Positions 1 to 8,602 of a stretch of DNA of 64,000 bases are shown here, piece by piece. The DNA is from Promethearchaeota archaeon (GTDB lineage: Archaea > Asgardarchaeota > Lokiarchaeia > Sigyniarchaeales > SOKP01). A program made the position numbers and the translations under genes. The notes beneath the pieces were generated by a model. That model ran no database searches, was not told the origin of the DNA, and saw nothing but the letters and a program-made list of their open reading frames with translations. Numbering within the stretch: position 1 is the stretch's first letter; every line of letters starts with the position of its first letter. The DNA lies in contig JAFGGO010000108.1 in NCBI GenBank assembly GCA_016930515.1, positions 32,224-96,223 on the forward strand. The letters run 5' to 3'.

Positions 1-1
1 A

Positions 2-343
2 TGGGAGAATTACAAGGGACAACAAATTCTCATATGCGATTATAGAAATTTAAGAGGAAAAGAGTATATAGCCGCAATCGAAGAGAATTTATCTAATGCT
101 AGACGATCTAATAGAACAGATCTCTTGATTTTAACGGATATCAGGGATAGTGTCGTAGATGTAGAGGTTTCTAACAAGTTAAAAGAGTTAGCAGGTGACA
201 TAAAAAAAATCACAAAAAAAATGGCCATTGTTGGATTAACTGGTTTGAAGAAGTTAATGCTGAAATTCCTCAACAAGGTAGCTTCGATGAATATTAAACC
301 TTTCGAGGATATAAATGTTGCTAAAGAGTGGTTAATTCAATAA
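2..343 (+). CDS. STAS/SEC14 (SpoIIAA-like) domain protein, 5' partial
   Basis: Frame 2 is open from the window edge (WENYKGQQILICDYRNL...) into ORF 125..343. The ending AIVG...IKPFEDINVAKEWL is typical of SpoIIAA-like proteins. Confidence 0.6.
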   Translation, partial: WENYKGQQILICDYRNLRGKEYIAAIEENLSNARRSNRTDLLILTDIRDSVVDVEVSNKLKELAGDIKKITKKMAIVGLTGLKKLMLKFLNKVASMNIKPFEDINVAKEWLIQ

Positions 344-413
344 TCCATTGTTTAAAATTTTATTTTTTTATTTCAATTTCAAAGTATGGTAATCTCATAA
401 AAAATGTTCTTTC

Positions 414-1514
414 TCAATTTAAATTTCCATTTAAAAAACCCGCGAGATATTTGGCGTAAAGAGTTTTCCATCGGGCAGGCATGCTTGAAGCTATAGCACA
501 ACCTAATCTACATCCACTACAAAAATCGTAATTATCTTTTACTTTCATCATATCTGCTACTTCTTTTGACCTATATATTCGGGCAATAGAGTATTTTAAA
601 GCGTTGAAACTCCTTACAGGATGGATCTTGCATGGATAATCCACTTTTCCATCGTATCTTACGAATAAATAAGCCTCAACGACGTGACATCTTAAAATAT
701 TTTGGTAATATGTGTGGGTGTTATTTTTTTGTCTTCCAAAACCCCCATTTTCAATAACTTGAATCGTAACGGGATCTGTTATGATGTTCTTATATTCTTT
801 TCTAAGAGATCTCACCGTACTTGCCCACTTGGAAATATCGGGAATCATATCCTTGAGATCGTCTATTTGATAAGTTTCATCCTGAAATTCACGAATGATA
901 TCCTCGCAAGGATCCATTTCGACGCAACAATTTAATTCTTTAGCTAACTCACAAATTTGCCCCAAGTATTTTATATTATCTTTCATGACAACAGTGCTGA
1001 TGACAACTTTAATGTTTTTTTTTGTAGCCAGCTTTATCGATTCGATGACTTTTTCGTAGATATTAAGCCCTCGAAACTCATTGTGAAGGCGTGCCCTTGG
1101 ATAATCTAAGGATAAAACCAAATAATCAAGTTCGTTTATTTTATTCTTTTTTAACAAGCTGGGGAGGAGATATCCGTTGCTGACTAGTCCAGTTAAGAGG
1201 TCTTGCTTTACACTGGAATGGTGAATCAATTCTGGTAAGTCTTTTCTAAGTGTGGGTTCGCCACCAGTAAACGAAAGAGATACAACTCCTAAATCTGCGA
1301 TTTGAGTAGTAATATTTTTAATTTGATCCGTTGTCATTTCTTTACTCTGTTTAACCAGCGACTGAGGTAATGAATGCAACGAACAAAATGAACATTTAGC
1401 GTTGCACCTGAGTGTGATTTCTATTTGAGCGGAATATGGGATTTTTATGTTCGTAAAATTACTTAAAAAGAAATTCTTAACATAATGTAAAGCGTTTTTT
1501 GCACTGATATGCAT
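414..1514 (-). CDS. Radical SAM protein with C-terminal SPASM/twitch-like Cys motif
   Basis: CNAKCSFC (CxxxCxxC), FTGGEPTLR, and C-terminal C...PC...CSGCRLGC. Confidence 0.85.
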   Translation of the reverse strand: MHISAKNALHYVKNFFLSNFTNIKIPYSAQIEITLRCNAKCSFCSLHSLPQSLVKQSKEMTTDQIKNITTQIADLGVVSLSFTGGEPTLRKDLPELIHHSSVKQDLLTGLVSNGYLLPSLLKKNKINELDYLVLSLDYPRARLHNEFRGLNIYEKVIESIKLATKKNIKVVISTVVMKDNIKYLGQICELAKELNCCVEMDPCEDIIREFQDETYQIDDLKDMIPDISKWASTVRSLRKEYKNIITDPVTIQVIENGGFGRQKNNTHTYYQNILRCHVVEAYLFVRYDGKVDYPCKIHPVRSFNALKYSIARIYRSKEVADMMKVKDNYDFCSGCRLGCAIASSMPARWKTLYAKYLAGFLNGNLN

Positions 1515-1775
1515 GGTAGATCTAAAGCTAAATAGTTAGGATCAGAAGGTATCTGTTTATTAAAAATATAATTAATTAAATTATCCACGAGAAAAAATTC
1601 TTCGGATATATTATGCTTTTCTAAACTTTTATATTAGCTTATTTTTATTACAGATTAAAAATAAAATTCAATAATTGAGAATAGATAATCCCATGTTTGT
1701 ACGAAATGGGTTAATTAAAACTTGTCTCAAATAATATTGAATGTATTTTAAACTCGTATATTAAGGAGATTCAAT

Positions 1776-2150
1776 TTGTCAGAATTCGAACAAAATGTAA
1801 TACAAAAATTAAACGAGATAAACCAAAAGCTTGATAAATTATTAATTCAAAAACCCCCTACGCCCGCACCTGCGGTTGCAACCACTGTCCCTGTTTCGCA
1901 AACATCTACTTCAACTCAAGTATCTGCTTCACAACCTACAAATGTGAGCCCATCAGCCGTTGTAGAAAGGCAGATTGAGGAAGAAAAGTTGGTTGAAAAG
2001 CCTCCCGTTGAGGGAAGGCGAGTGTGCCCGGATTGCGGGAACACTACATTTAACCAAATTGAGGATAAGACACAAGTCCTTTCCATGATGGGAGGGATTA
2101 AGATCTATGCTAAAAAATATGTTTGTAAGAAATGCGGTAAAGAGATGTAA
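1776..2150 (+). CDS. Zinc-ribbon protein with N-terminal coiled coil and Pro/Ser/Thr linker
   Basis: CPDC...CKKC pair at the C-terminus; TTG start preceded by AGGAG. Confidence 0.7.
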   Translation: MSEFEQNVIQKLNEINQKLDKLLIQKPPTPAPAVATTVPVSQTSTSTQVSASQPTNVSPSAVVERQIEEEKLVEKPPVEGRRVCPDCGNTTFNQIEDKTQVLSMMGGIKIYAKKYVCKKCGKEM

Positions 2151-2266
2151 GATCACCTAAATTCCACTTTTTTTATTAAGTGTTTTTTTCCCTTTTATAT
2201 TAACATATAAAACATTAAAAACCACCAATCCTTGAGAGATCATACACATTAAATACGGTGAATTAA

Positions 2267-2914
2267 ATGAGTTTGCTATTAGATAAAATTAAAGGCTTAA
2301 TTGGAGGAAACGAACTACAAGAAATCATAAAGGATTTTAGCGATATAATCAAAATTGAAACTAATATGATAAAATCCTCAAAGGAACGGATCTCAAGTCT
2401 TCAAAATTACGCTAAAGTCGAGACACCAACTCTCAGAGAAGCAATAGAGTCCTTAGGAGAAACCTTCGAAAATATCGACGGTGCAAGGGAAGAAAAGATC
2501 GACCAAATGCACGATAAGTTCTTAACACCATTGAACGATTTATTGGAAGAATTTAAGGAGTTATCTACGGAGTTAAAAGAATCGGAGAAGGCCAAAAAAG
2601 ACTTGGAGAAAGCAAAATCCAAGCTTACCAAGCTTAAATCAAAACCCAAGGAAAAATTAAAGCCGGGTCAAATGGAAAGCGCAGAAACTGCCGTAAAGGA
2701 TGGTGAAACAAAAGTACAGAAAGAAGAAACTGAAGCCAAAGAAGCGAGCGTACAATTTAATCGGAAAAAAGTATCAATCTTAAAGGCCGTTCTTGAAGAT
2801 ATTATAACCATCGAAAAAACTTTTCACGAAAAAGTAATTAATTTGATTAATCCCGCCCAAGAAAAAGCTAAAGCAATCGATTTAGATGAAAAACCTGCAG
2901 AAGTTCCTGAATAA
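2267..2914 (+). CDS. BAR-domain-like protein (CIBAR/FAM92-like)
   Basis: 215 aa with a three-helix coiled-coil pattern and a Lys-rich tip. Segments YAKVETPTL...FLTPL and FNRKK...ITIEKTFHEK resemble remembered FAM92/CIBAR BAR motifs. GGTGA RBS upstream. Confidence 0.65.
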   Translation: MSLLLDKIKGLIGGNELQEIIKDFSDIIKIETNMIKSSKERISSLQNYAKVETPTLREAIESLGETFENIDGAREEKIDQMHDKFLTPLNDLLEEFKELSTELKESEKAKKDLEKAKSKLTKLKSKPKEKLKPGQMESAETAVKDGETKVQKEETEAKEASVQFNRKKVSILKAVLEDIITIEKTFHEKVINLINPAQEKAKAIDLDEKPAEVPE

Positions 2915-3194
2915 TATTTTCGGCTAATATTTCAAGCATGTTATTATAACGTTTTATTTTTCTATTCTTTTAGGCACTTTATTTAATAATCATCCCAAGA
3001 TTTAATTTTATATCCATAAACAACAAATCATTATAAAAACAATTTTAACTAATAAAGATTCTTTTTATTTTTCGACATGTTTAAATTAAAGTTGTCTTAT
3101 TAAGTTAGCAACTAAAATATATGGAGTAAATGATAAATCTACAGTTTATTCATATTAATAAAACACTCCTAATTAAAATATGAGGTATTAAAAA

Positions 3195-3707
3195 ATGGAC
3201 AAACAAAATATTGGCCCTTCTATGGCGATAATTGGTGCCCTCCTTTTATTCATAGGTGCAATTTTTTTAATAAGCGAGGGCATAGCTCGTGATTTACTTA
3301 TAGGTGTCTATACATTGACTTGGGATAGAATTAGTGTAGATCCGACACCAATAATCGTTAGTTTCGTAATGACTCTTACCTTAGCAATTCTTACAATAAT
3401 TATTGCATTAATTGCTCATAAAAAAATAAAGATAGGAGGAATTGCTATTGCTATTATAGGTGCTTTTGCAATTATAGCCATGTTTATCCCAATTGGAACA
3501 CTTGACATCTCATCTTATCTATATCCTCCTGGTATTCCCCTTGTTGGTGGTACACCTGTCCTCGGCGAAAAACCTATTCTAACATGTAATCTTGTTGCGA
3601 CGGGAATTGCTAACGGAATTTTACTTTATAGCGTAACTTACATTCTCTATTTAGGGCCATTTCTCATCCTTGGAGGTGGACTTTTAAGTATATTCTTAAA
3701 AGAGTAA
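3195..3707 (+). CDS. Hypothetical multi-pass membrane protein
   Basis: About 4 hydrophobic segments; GAGGT RBS upstream. Confidence 0.7.
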   Translation: MDKQNIGPSMAIIGALLLFIGAIFLISEGIARDLLIGVYTLTWDRISVDPTPIIVSFVMTLTLAILTIIIALIAHKKIKIGGIAIAIIGAFAIIAMFIPIGTLDISSYLYPPGIPLVGGTPVLGEKPILTCNLVATGIANGILLYSVTYILYLGPFLILGGGLLSIFLKE

Positions 3708-3831
3708 TTTCTTTAATAATTGATTCTTCTTTTTTTTAATATATTTTTAGCTTTTTAGATTTCGTTATATTAAAAATTGAATATCAATCTAGAAAGTAAA
3801 TTTAAAAAATAAAAAAATAAAAATTGATATC

Positions 3832-4263
3832 TTATAGTGGTTCAAATCCAAGATCAATTCGTGGATTCTCTCCTGGAAGGGGCGTTTCTAAAAACTTAAC
3901 TTTTACGGGTGTATCTATTTCGATTGTTTCTGGTTTTGACTCGTCCACTCCTACGAGTTGAGCAGACACCATCGGTCCTTCGTCAAGCTTAATAACGCTA
4001 AAACAGTACGGTTTATTTTTCGAATAACCCTTATCAACGAAAAATTTAGTTCCCACGCTAATGCACGTAAAGGCGGCTATTTTTCCCTTTCCCGACATTT
4101 CGGTCCATTCCATCTCAGTAGAACCACATTTCGTACAGAGTTTTCTTGGAGGTGCAAATAATTCCCCGCAACTTTTGCATTTCGAACCCATTAACTTCTT
4201 TTGGTTAATATAATCCAAGTAATTATATACAGTTATTTCTTTTTCAGACATTCTTTGCATCAC
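3832..4263 (-). CDS. DUF35 family Zn-ribbon/OB-fold protein (thiolase partner)
   Basis: CKSC...PPR..CTKC followed by an OB-fold; directly downstream of the thiolase. Confidence 0.9.
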   Translation of the reverse strand: MMQRMSEKEITVYNYLDYINQKKLMGSKCKSCGELFAPPRKLCTKCGSTEMEWTEMSGKGKIAAFTCISVGTKFFVDKGYSKNKPYCFSVIKLDEGPMVSAQLVGVDESKPETIEIDTPVKVKFLETPLPGENPRIDLGFEPL

Positions 4264-4264
4264 C

Positions 4265-5524
4265 TTATTTTTGATATATTGTGACCACGCAAGTTCCTCC
4301 AGAACCTCCTAAATTATGCGTTAAGGCTCTTTCGACATCAAATTTAACTTGACGGTTTCGTTCGGCTCGTCCTCTCATTTGCTTGAAAATCTCGACCGCT
4401 TGTGCGGCACCAGTGGCTCCAACGGGATGCCCCTTCGATTTCAAACCTCCAGAAGTGTTGATAGGGCGCACTCCGTCTCGTCGACTTTCCCCATTCTTCA
4501 CGGCTTCGGCTGCTTTTCCTTTCTCATAAAAACCCAAGTCTTCCATTGCTAATATTTCTGCAATCGTAAAGCAATCGTGTACCTCAGCAATTTGCATGTC
4601 TTTAGGTCCGAGACCGGACATTGAATAGGCTTGCTTTGAAGCTTCTTTCGTTGCGATAAAACTCGTTAAGGTATCTCGGTCGTGTAGCGATAATGCCGCG
4701 CTTCCCTGTCCCGTACCGGTGATCCATAGGGGCGTGTCCGTGAACTTTCTTGCCAACTCTTCCGAGGCGAGGAACACGCACGCTCCGCCGTCCGTAATTA
4801 ATGAACAATCGAACAATCGTAATGGAGAAGCGATATAAGGATTAGCCGAACTTGAAAGAAAATCAATCTCGTCTTTCCAGTAGGGGACTTGCTGACCTTG
4901 ACTTTCCGCTCTTTTTATTTTGCTTTCCATTATGTCTTTTATGCTTTGCTGCATTTGAGCAAAGGGGTTTTCCTTGCCGTTTTCATGGTTTTTTATTCCC
5001 ACTCTCATGAGATCTTCTGGTTTTGTGCCATATTTATGAAAGTGAGCGGACGCAACAGCTGCATATAATCCTGGGAATGTTGCTCCTGCAGGATATTCGT
5101 AAGTTGCATCTGCTGCTGCCGCCAATGCGTCAGTCACCATGGTCGTAGGTACTTCCGACATTGTTTCAATACCACATACGGCAATTAATTCGTGAACACC
5201 GGAAGCTATGCCCAAGATTGCTTGCCTCAAAGCTATTCCGCTGCTTGCGCAAGCACCTTCAAATCGGGGTGCTGGTTTTGGTGTAAGACCTACTAAATTC
5301 GCCATATTTGGACCTAAATGCCCCTGGTGATTAAATAGATCTGCAGTGAAATTTCCCACGTAGCAGGCGTCCACATCTTTGGCTTCAATACCATTATCAA
5401 CACTTTTCACGGCGTCAATCCAAGCATCGACCCACAAATCGGGATTCCTCTTTACGGGAAAGTGCTGTCCGAACTTACTCATTCCGGCACCGATCATCGC
5501 TACTTTTCTTGCTAATTTTCCCAT
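4265..5524 (-). CDS. Archaeal/SCP2-type thiolase (acetyl-CoA C-acyltransferase)
   Basis: EGACASS, AEVHDCF, SGGLKSKGHPVGATG and HNLGG motifs. Confidence 0.93.
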   Translation of the reverse strand: MGKLARKVAMIGAGMSKFGQHFPVKRNPDLWVDAWIDAVKSVDNGIEAKDVDACYVGNFTADLFNHQGHLGPNMANLVGLTPKPAPRFEGACASSGIALRQAILGIASGVHELIAVCGIETMSEVPTTMVTDALAAAADATYEYPAGATFPGLYAAVASAHFHKYGTKPEDLMRVGIKNHENGKENPFAQMQQSIKDIMESKIKRAESQGQQVPYWKDEIDFLSSSANPYIASPLRLFDCSLITDGGACVFLASEELARKFTDTPLWITGTGQGSAALSLHDRDTLTSFIATKEASKQAYSMSGLGPKDMQIAEVHDCFTIAEILAMEDLGFYEKGKAAEAVKNGESRRDGVRPINTSGGLKSKGHPVGATGAAQAVEIFKQMRGRAERNRQVKFDVERALTHNLGGSGGTCVVTIYQK

Positions 5525-5626
5525 TTTTATTTACCAATAATTAATTTTCTAGTTTTAGTAATTGTCCAAAAATTAAAATTCTTACAGTTTTTAATAATAG
5601 TTCTATCTTTTTTTAAAAAAGAGAGT

Positions 5627-7957
5627 TTAATTCCTTTCTTTTACTGGCATAAATATTTTAAAAAAATCCCGTTTTACCTTGACATTACCTTGAAAGTTAA
5701 CAATCATCCGATTACCTGAAAGGTTAACGGCGTGGAAACTACTGTAATTTCGCCCAAATCCTATAAAAGTAACAATATCTCCATTATTTAGATTAGAGTC
5801 CAATTTAGAGGAATCTTTTATTCTTAAAAAGGTTCCAGATTTCAAATCTTCGAGCGAATTGATATTATGAATCGTTGCGAAAGAAAAAGAACCCGAATAA
5901 TTTTCAAAAATGTAATCGTGAAGTTGCTTAAGTGGTTTTTTTTCGATTTTAATGGTTTCTCCCTTGATTCCCCTTTTTGCTATCAATAATGCCGCAATGG
6001 CGTGATCCACGAAACCTTTTGCTCTCACTTCGTTCACCAACTTGCCTTGTTGTAAATGAAACATTGCTTCTTTAGTCGTTTTAAATTCGTCTACTAAAAA
6101 GATATCGGGCGGTTCGAAGCGATTTTTTAGAGGTACATTTTCTTGTTCCATTCCTTCTAAATCGTTCAGGTTAGATTTTACGCAGGATAAATTATCGCAA
6201 GGTATACCAAAATATTCAATGAAAAAATCGATGATAAAATCGGAACCAGGACCGTGCCCCACGAAAATCTTGTTGATCAATTCCTTTTTTTCGCTAAAAA
6301 ACAACCCGAGTTCTTCTTCGATTTGCTGTTTTGCAACGCTTTGAGATCTAAGGTCCTTGATGTTGCTCTTTAAATTCACATACCATAGTTCTGGCAATTC
6401 TCCGTGTTGGATGAGACAAAATCCAAAATGTCTCGTCCCAGGATCTACGGCTAATATCACTTCTTTTTGCTTAAATGTAAAGAGGTTGATGTCTGCCTTT
6501 CCTTTAGATATTTTCATCAATGAATTGAAAAAAGGTTCGAACTCTTGGTTTTTAATTTGTAGAAAAAAATCATGAGCTTGACTTTGGTAAAGCACTTCGA
6601 TGTTGTATTTTTCGATTAAGGAAAAAAGATCGTGGTAATTTTCAACTTTCACAATGATATCTTGGCGAGGATCTATTTTAATTATTTTAACTTTCTCTAC
6701 TGCTTTTGCTATGGCTTGGGCAATGTCGTCCTCGTTCTTTCCCGAAAGAATGTCCACATGAAGTCCGTCTAGATGGAACGCTTCGTAAGCCGTCGAAGCA
6801 CCTAGTAAATCGAAAAGTCTCTTTTCTTGGTTCCCCCCTCTTGAGATTGTTAATTTTTTTCTCGTTCGTGGGAAGATTCTCACGCTTGCCGAGTTATATT
6901 TCCCCTTGCTAGGTGCATTTATCGTGATGACTCCTTTTAATTTTGAACTAATTACTTTAAATTCAATGAGATCTTCTAATTTCTCCTTTATGAAATCGAA
7001 TTGGAGATCGCCAAGAACTAATATGTTAATATTTTTATTGTTTACAAAGAAATCAAAGGATGTAATTACTTTTTTCAGGTTTTCAAGGATCTCTGTCGCA
7101 ATCTTAAATTTTTCGGGATCGTCAATATTAATTACGAATTCCTTGCGAGGATGTAAGTTGGACAAAAGCCCTGTTGTCTTGGGTGGTATGAATTTGCCAT
7201 CATGATATTGGGTTCCTAGTTCAAACTCATTTTTTACATTTAGGCTAATCGTGACAATTTCGCCTTCAAGTGCCTGCTTTAAAGGAGAATTAGCCAGAGA
7301 AACCACTTGTCTTATCTTGATTTTATCGTTTAACCATTGTCCTGATTTTAAGGCTCCAGAAGTAAGACCAATGTTCAGCATCTCGCCAAGACCTTTCCGT
7401 TGTTTAAATCCTAATATTACAAAGGCCAATTCAGAATTTTCAAACTCTCTTTTTTTAAGATGAACGGAAATCCTTTCAATTAAATTCTCAATCCCCGTGA
7501 TCTTTTTTGCAGATGTTTGGATTATCGGAATTCTTTCTTTCCCAAGCTTTTTTAACTCTGAATTGATTCTTTCAACATTCGAATTAGGTAAATCCATTTT
7601 TGTTGCTGCGATGATGATAGGTAAATCTCTTTCCCGAGCTTTTTCGTAAAGCCAGTGTGTTCTAGCTTGGAAACCGTCCGTTCCAGAAATAACCAGTACT
7701 AAAAGGTCTGCAAATTCCAATCCCAAGGCAATACCTCCTTGAAAGTCGGCGTGACCCGGAGTGTCTAAAAAATTAAGCGTTAAGCTTTGTCGTTTCAAAA
7801 CGAACTGAATGACCTTGAGGGACACCGTCGTACCGTGAGAAAGCTCGTAATCTAAATTATCGGGAAACTTTCCTACTATTGCCTCAATCAAGCTTGATTT
7901 GCCGTGTTGAGCGTGTCCAGCAACTAGAACATTTAAAATTCTTTCCTTAGTAACCAT
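5627..7957 (-). CDS. Translational GTPase (EF-G-like domains) fused to YqgF/RNase H-fold nuclease domain
   Basis: G1 GHAQHGKSS, G2 HGTTV, G3 DTPGH, G4 TKMD, G5 SAK. Also LGDLQFDFIKEKL (domain III-like) and FFNSLMKISKGKA (domain V-like), then ILAVDPGTRHFG / VDEFKTTKEA / DHAIAALLIA (YqgF-like). Confidence 0.75.
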   Translation of the reverse strand: MVTKERILNVLVAGHAQHGKSSLIEAIVGKFPDNLDYELSHGTTVSLKVIQFVLKRQSLTLNFLDTPGHADFQGGIALGLEFADLLVLVISGTDGFQARTHWLYEKARERDLPIIIAATKMDLPNSNVERINSELKKLGKERIPIIQTSAKKITGIENLIERISVHLKKREFENSELAFVILGFKQRKGLGEMLNIGLTSGALKSGQWLNDKIKIRQVVSLANSPLKQALEGEIVTISLNVKNEFELGTQYHDGKFIPPKTTGLLSNLHPRKEFVINIDDPEKFKIATEILENLKKVITSFDFFVNNKNINILVLGDLQFDFIKEKLEDLIEFKVISSKLKGVITINAPSKGKYNSASVRIFPRTRKKLTISRGGNQEKRLFDLLGASTAYEAFHLDGLHVDILSGKNEDDIAQAIAKAVEKVKIIKIDPRQDIIVKVENYHDLFSLIEKYNIEVLYQSQAHDFFLQIKNQEFEPFFNSLMKISKGKADINLFTFKQKEVILAVDPGTRHFGFCLIQHGELPELWYVNLKSNIKDLRSQSVAKQQIEEELGLFFSEKKELINKIFVGHGPGSDFIIDFFIEYFGIPCDNLSCVKSNLNDLEGMEQENVPLKNRFEPPDIFLVDEFKTTKEAMFHLQQGKLVNEVRAKGFVDHAIAALLIAKRGIKGETIKIEKKPLKQLHDYIFENYSGSFSFATIHNINSLEDLKSGTFLRIKDSSKLDSNLNNGDIVTFIGFGRNYSSFHAVNLSGNRMIVNFQGNVKVKRDFFKIFMPVKERN

Positions 7958-8008
7958 TTTTATCTTACGACAATGTATTATTTAGTAATTTTAGAATAAG
8001 ATTATTTA

Positions 8009-8485
8009 TTAAATCTCTCTTCGGAACCCTTCAATAGCTTCAAAATAATCCAAGATAGATTCCCTCAACTCAACGGCGGGAACAATGTTCCTAACTCTTC
8101 TTACATATTCAACAGCTTGAGACCAGCTCCATTCTGGATGTTCCTTTAATAACCACGCAACACAAATAGCTCCGCTCCGAGAAATACCCATAGCACAATG
8201 GACCAAAAGTTTTCTATTATCTTCTTTAATCTTCTTGTTGATAAAAGAGAGTACCTCCGCTATTATTTCGTGAGATGGATATGTGTTATCTGGAAAACCT
8301 CTAAATAAATATTCGAACTTTCCTCTAGGGGGTTGATAATGCTTGTATTCCATCAGGTTAACTATAGCAGTAATTCCTTCTTCTTCCATCTTCTTAAAAT
8401 TTAGCCTGGGCCAATACGCACCAATGTATAAATGTTCATTTATCTTGTATATCTCGTCAAGCTCGGGATTTTTATATTCTGACAA
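8009..8485 (-). CDS. Dual-specificity protein phosphatase
   Basis: HCAMGISRS (HCxxGxSRS) active-site loop; LYIG motif. Confidence 0.92.
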   Translation of the reverse strand: MSEYKNPELDEIYKINEHLYIGAYWPRLNFKKMEEEGITAIVNLMEYKHYQPPRGKFEYLFRGFPDNTYPSHEIIAEVLSFINKKIKEDNRKLLVHCAMGISRSGAICVAWLLKEHPEWSWSQAVEYVRRVRNIVPAVELRESILDYFEAIEGFRREI

Positions 8486-8602
8486 TATTCATAAACCAAA
8501 ATTTATTAACCACTCTTACTAAAGAAAAATTTTGAGAAGTAATGAATTTTGCTATTAAACAATGTAAAGAAAAAAATGATGATGATGAAAAAAAAAATGA
8601 GG

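Noticed and set aside
5627-7957. Annotating the GTPase as SelB, IF-2 or EF-2
   Set aside because: The domains after the G domain look EF-G III/V-like but much shorter than EF-2, and a YqgF-like domain follows. None of the standard architectures fits.
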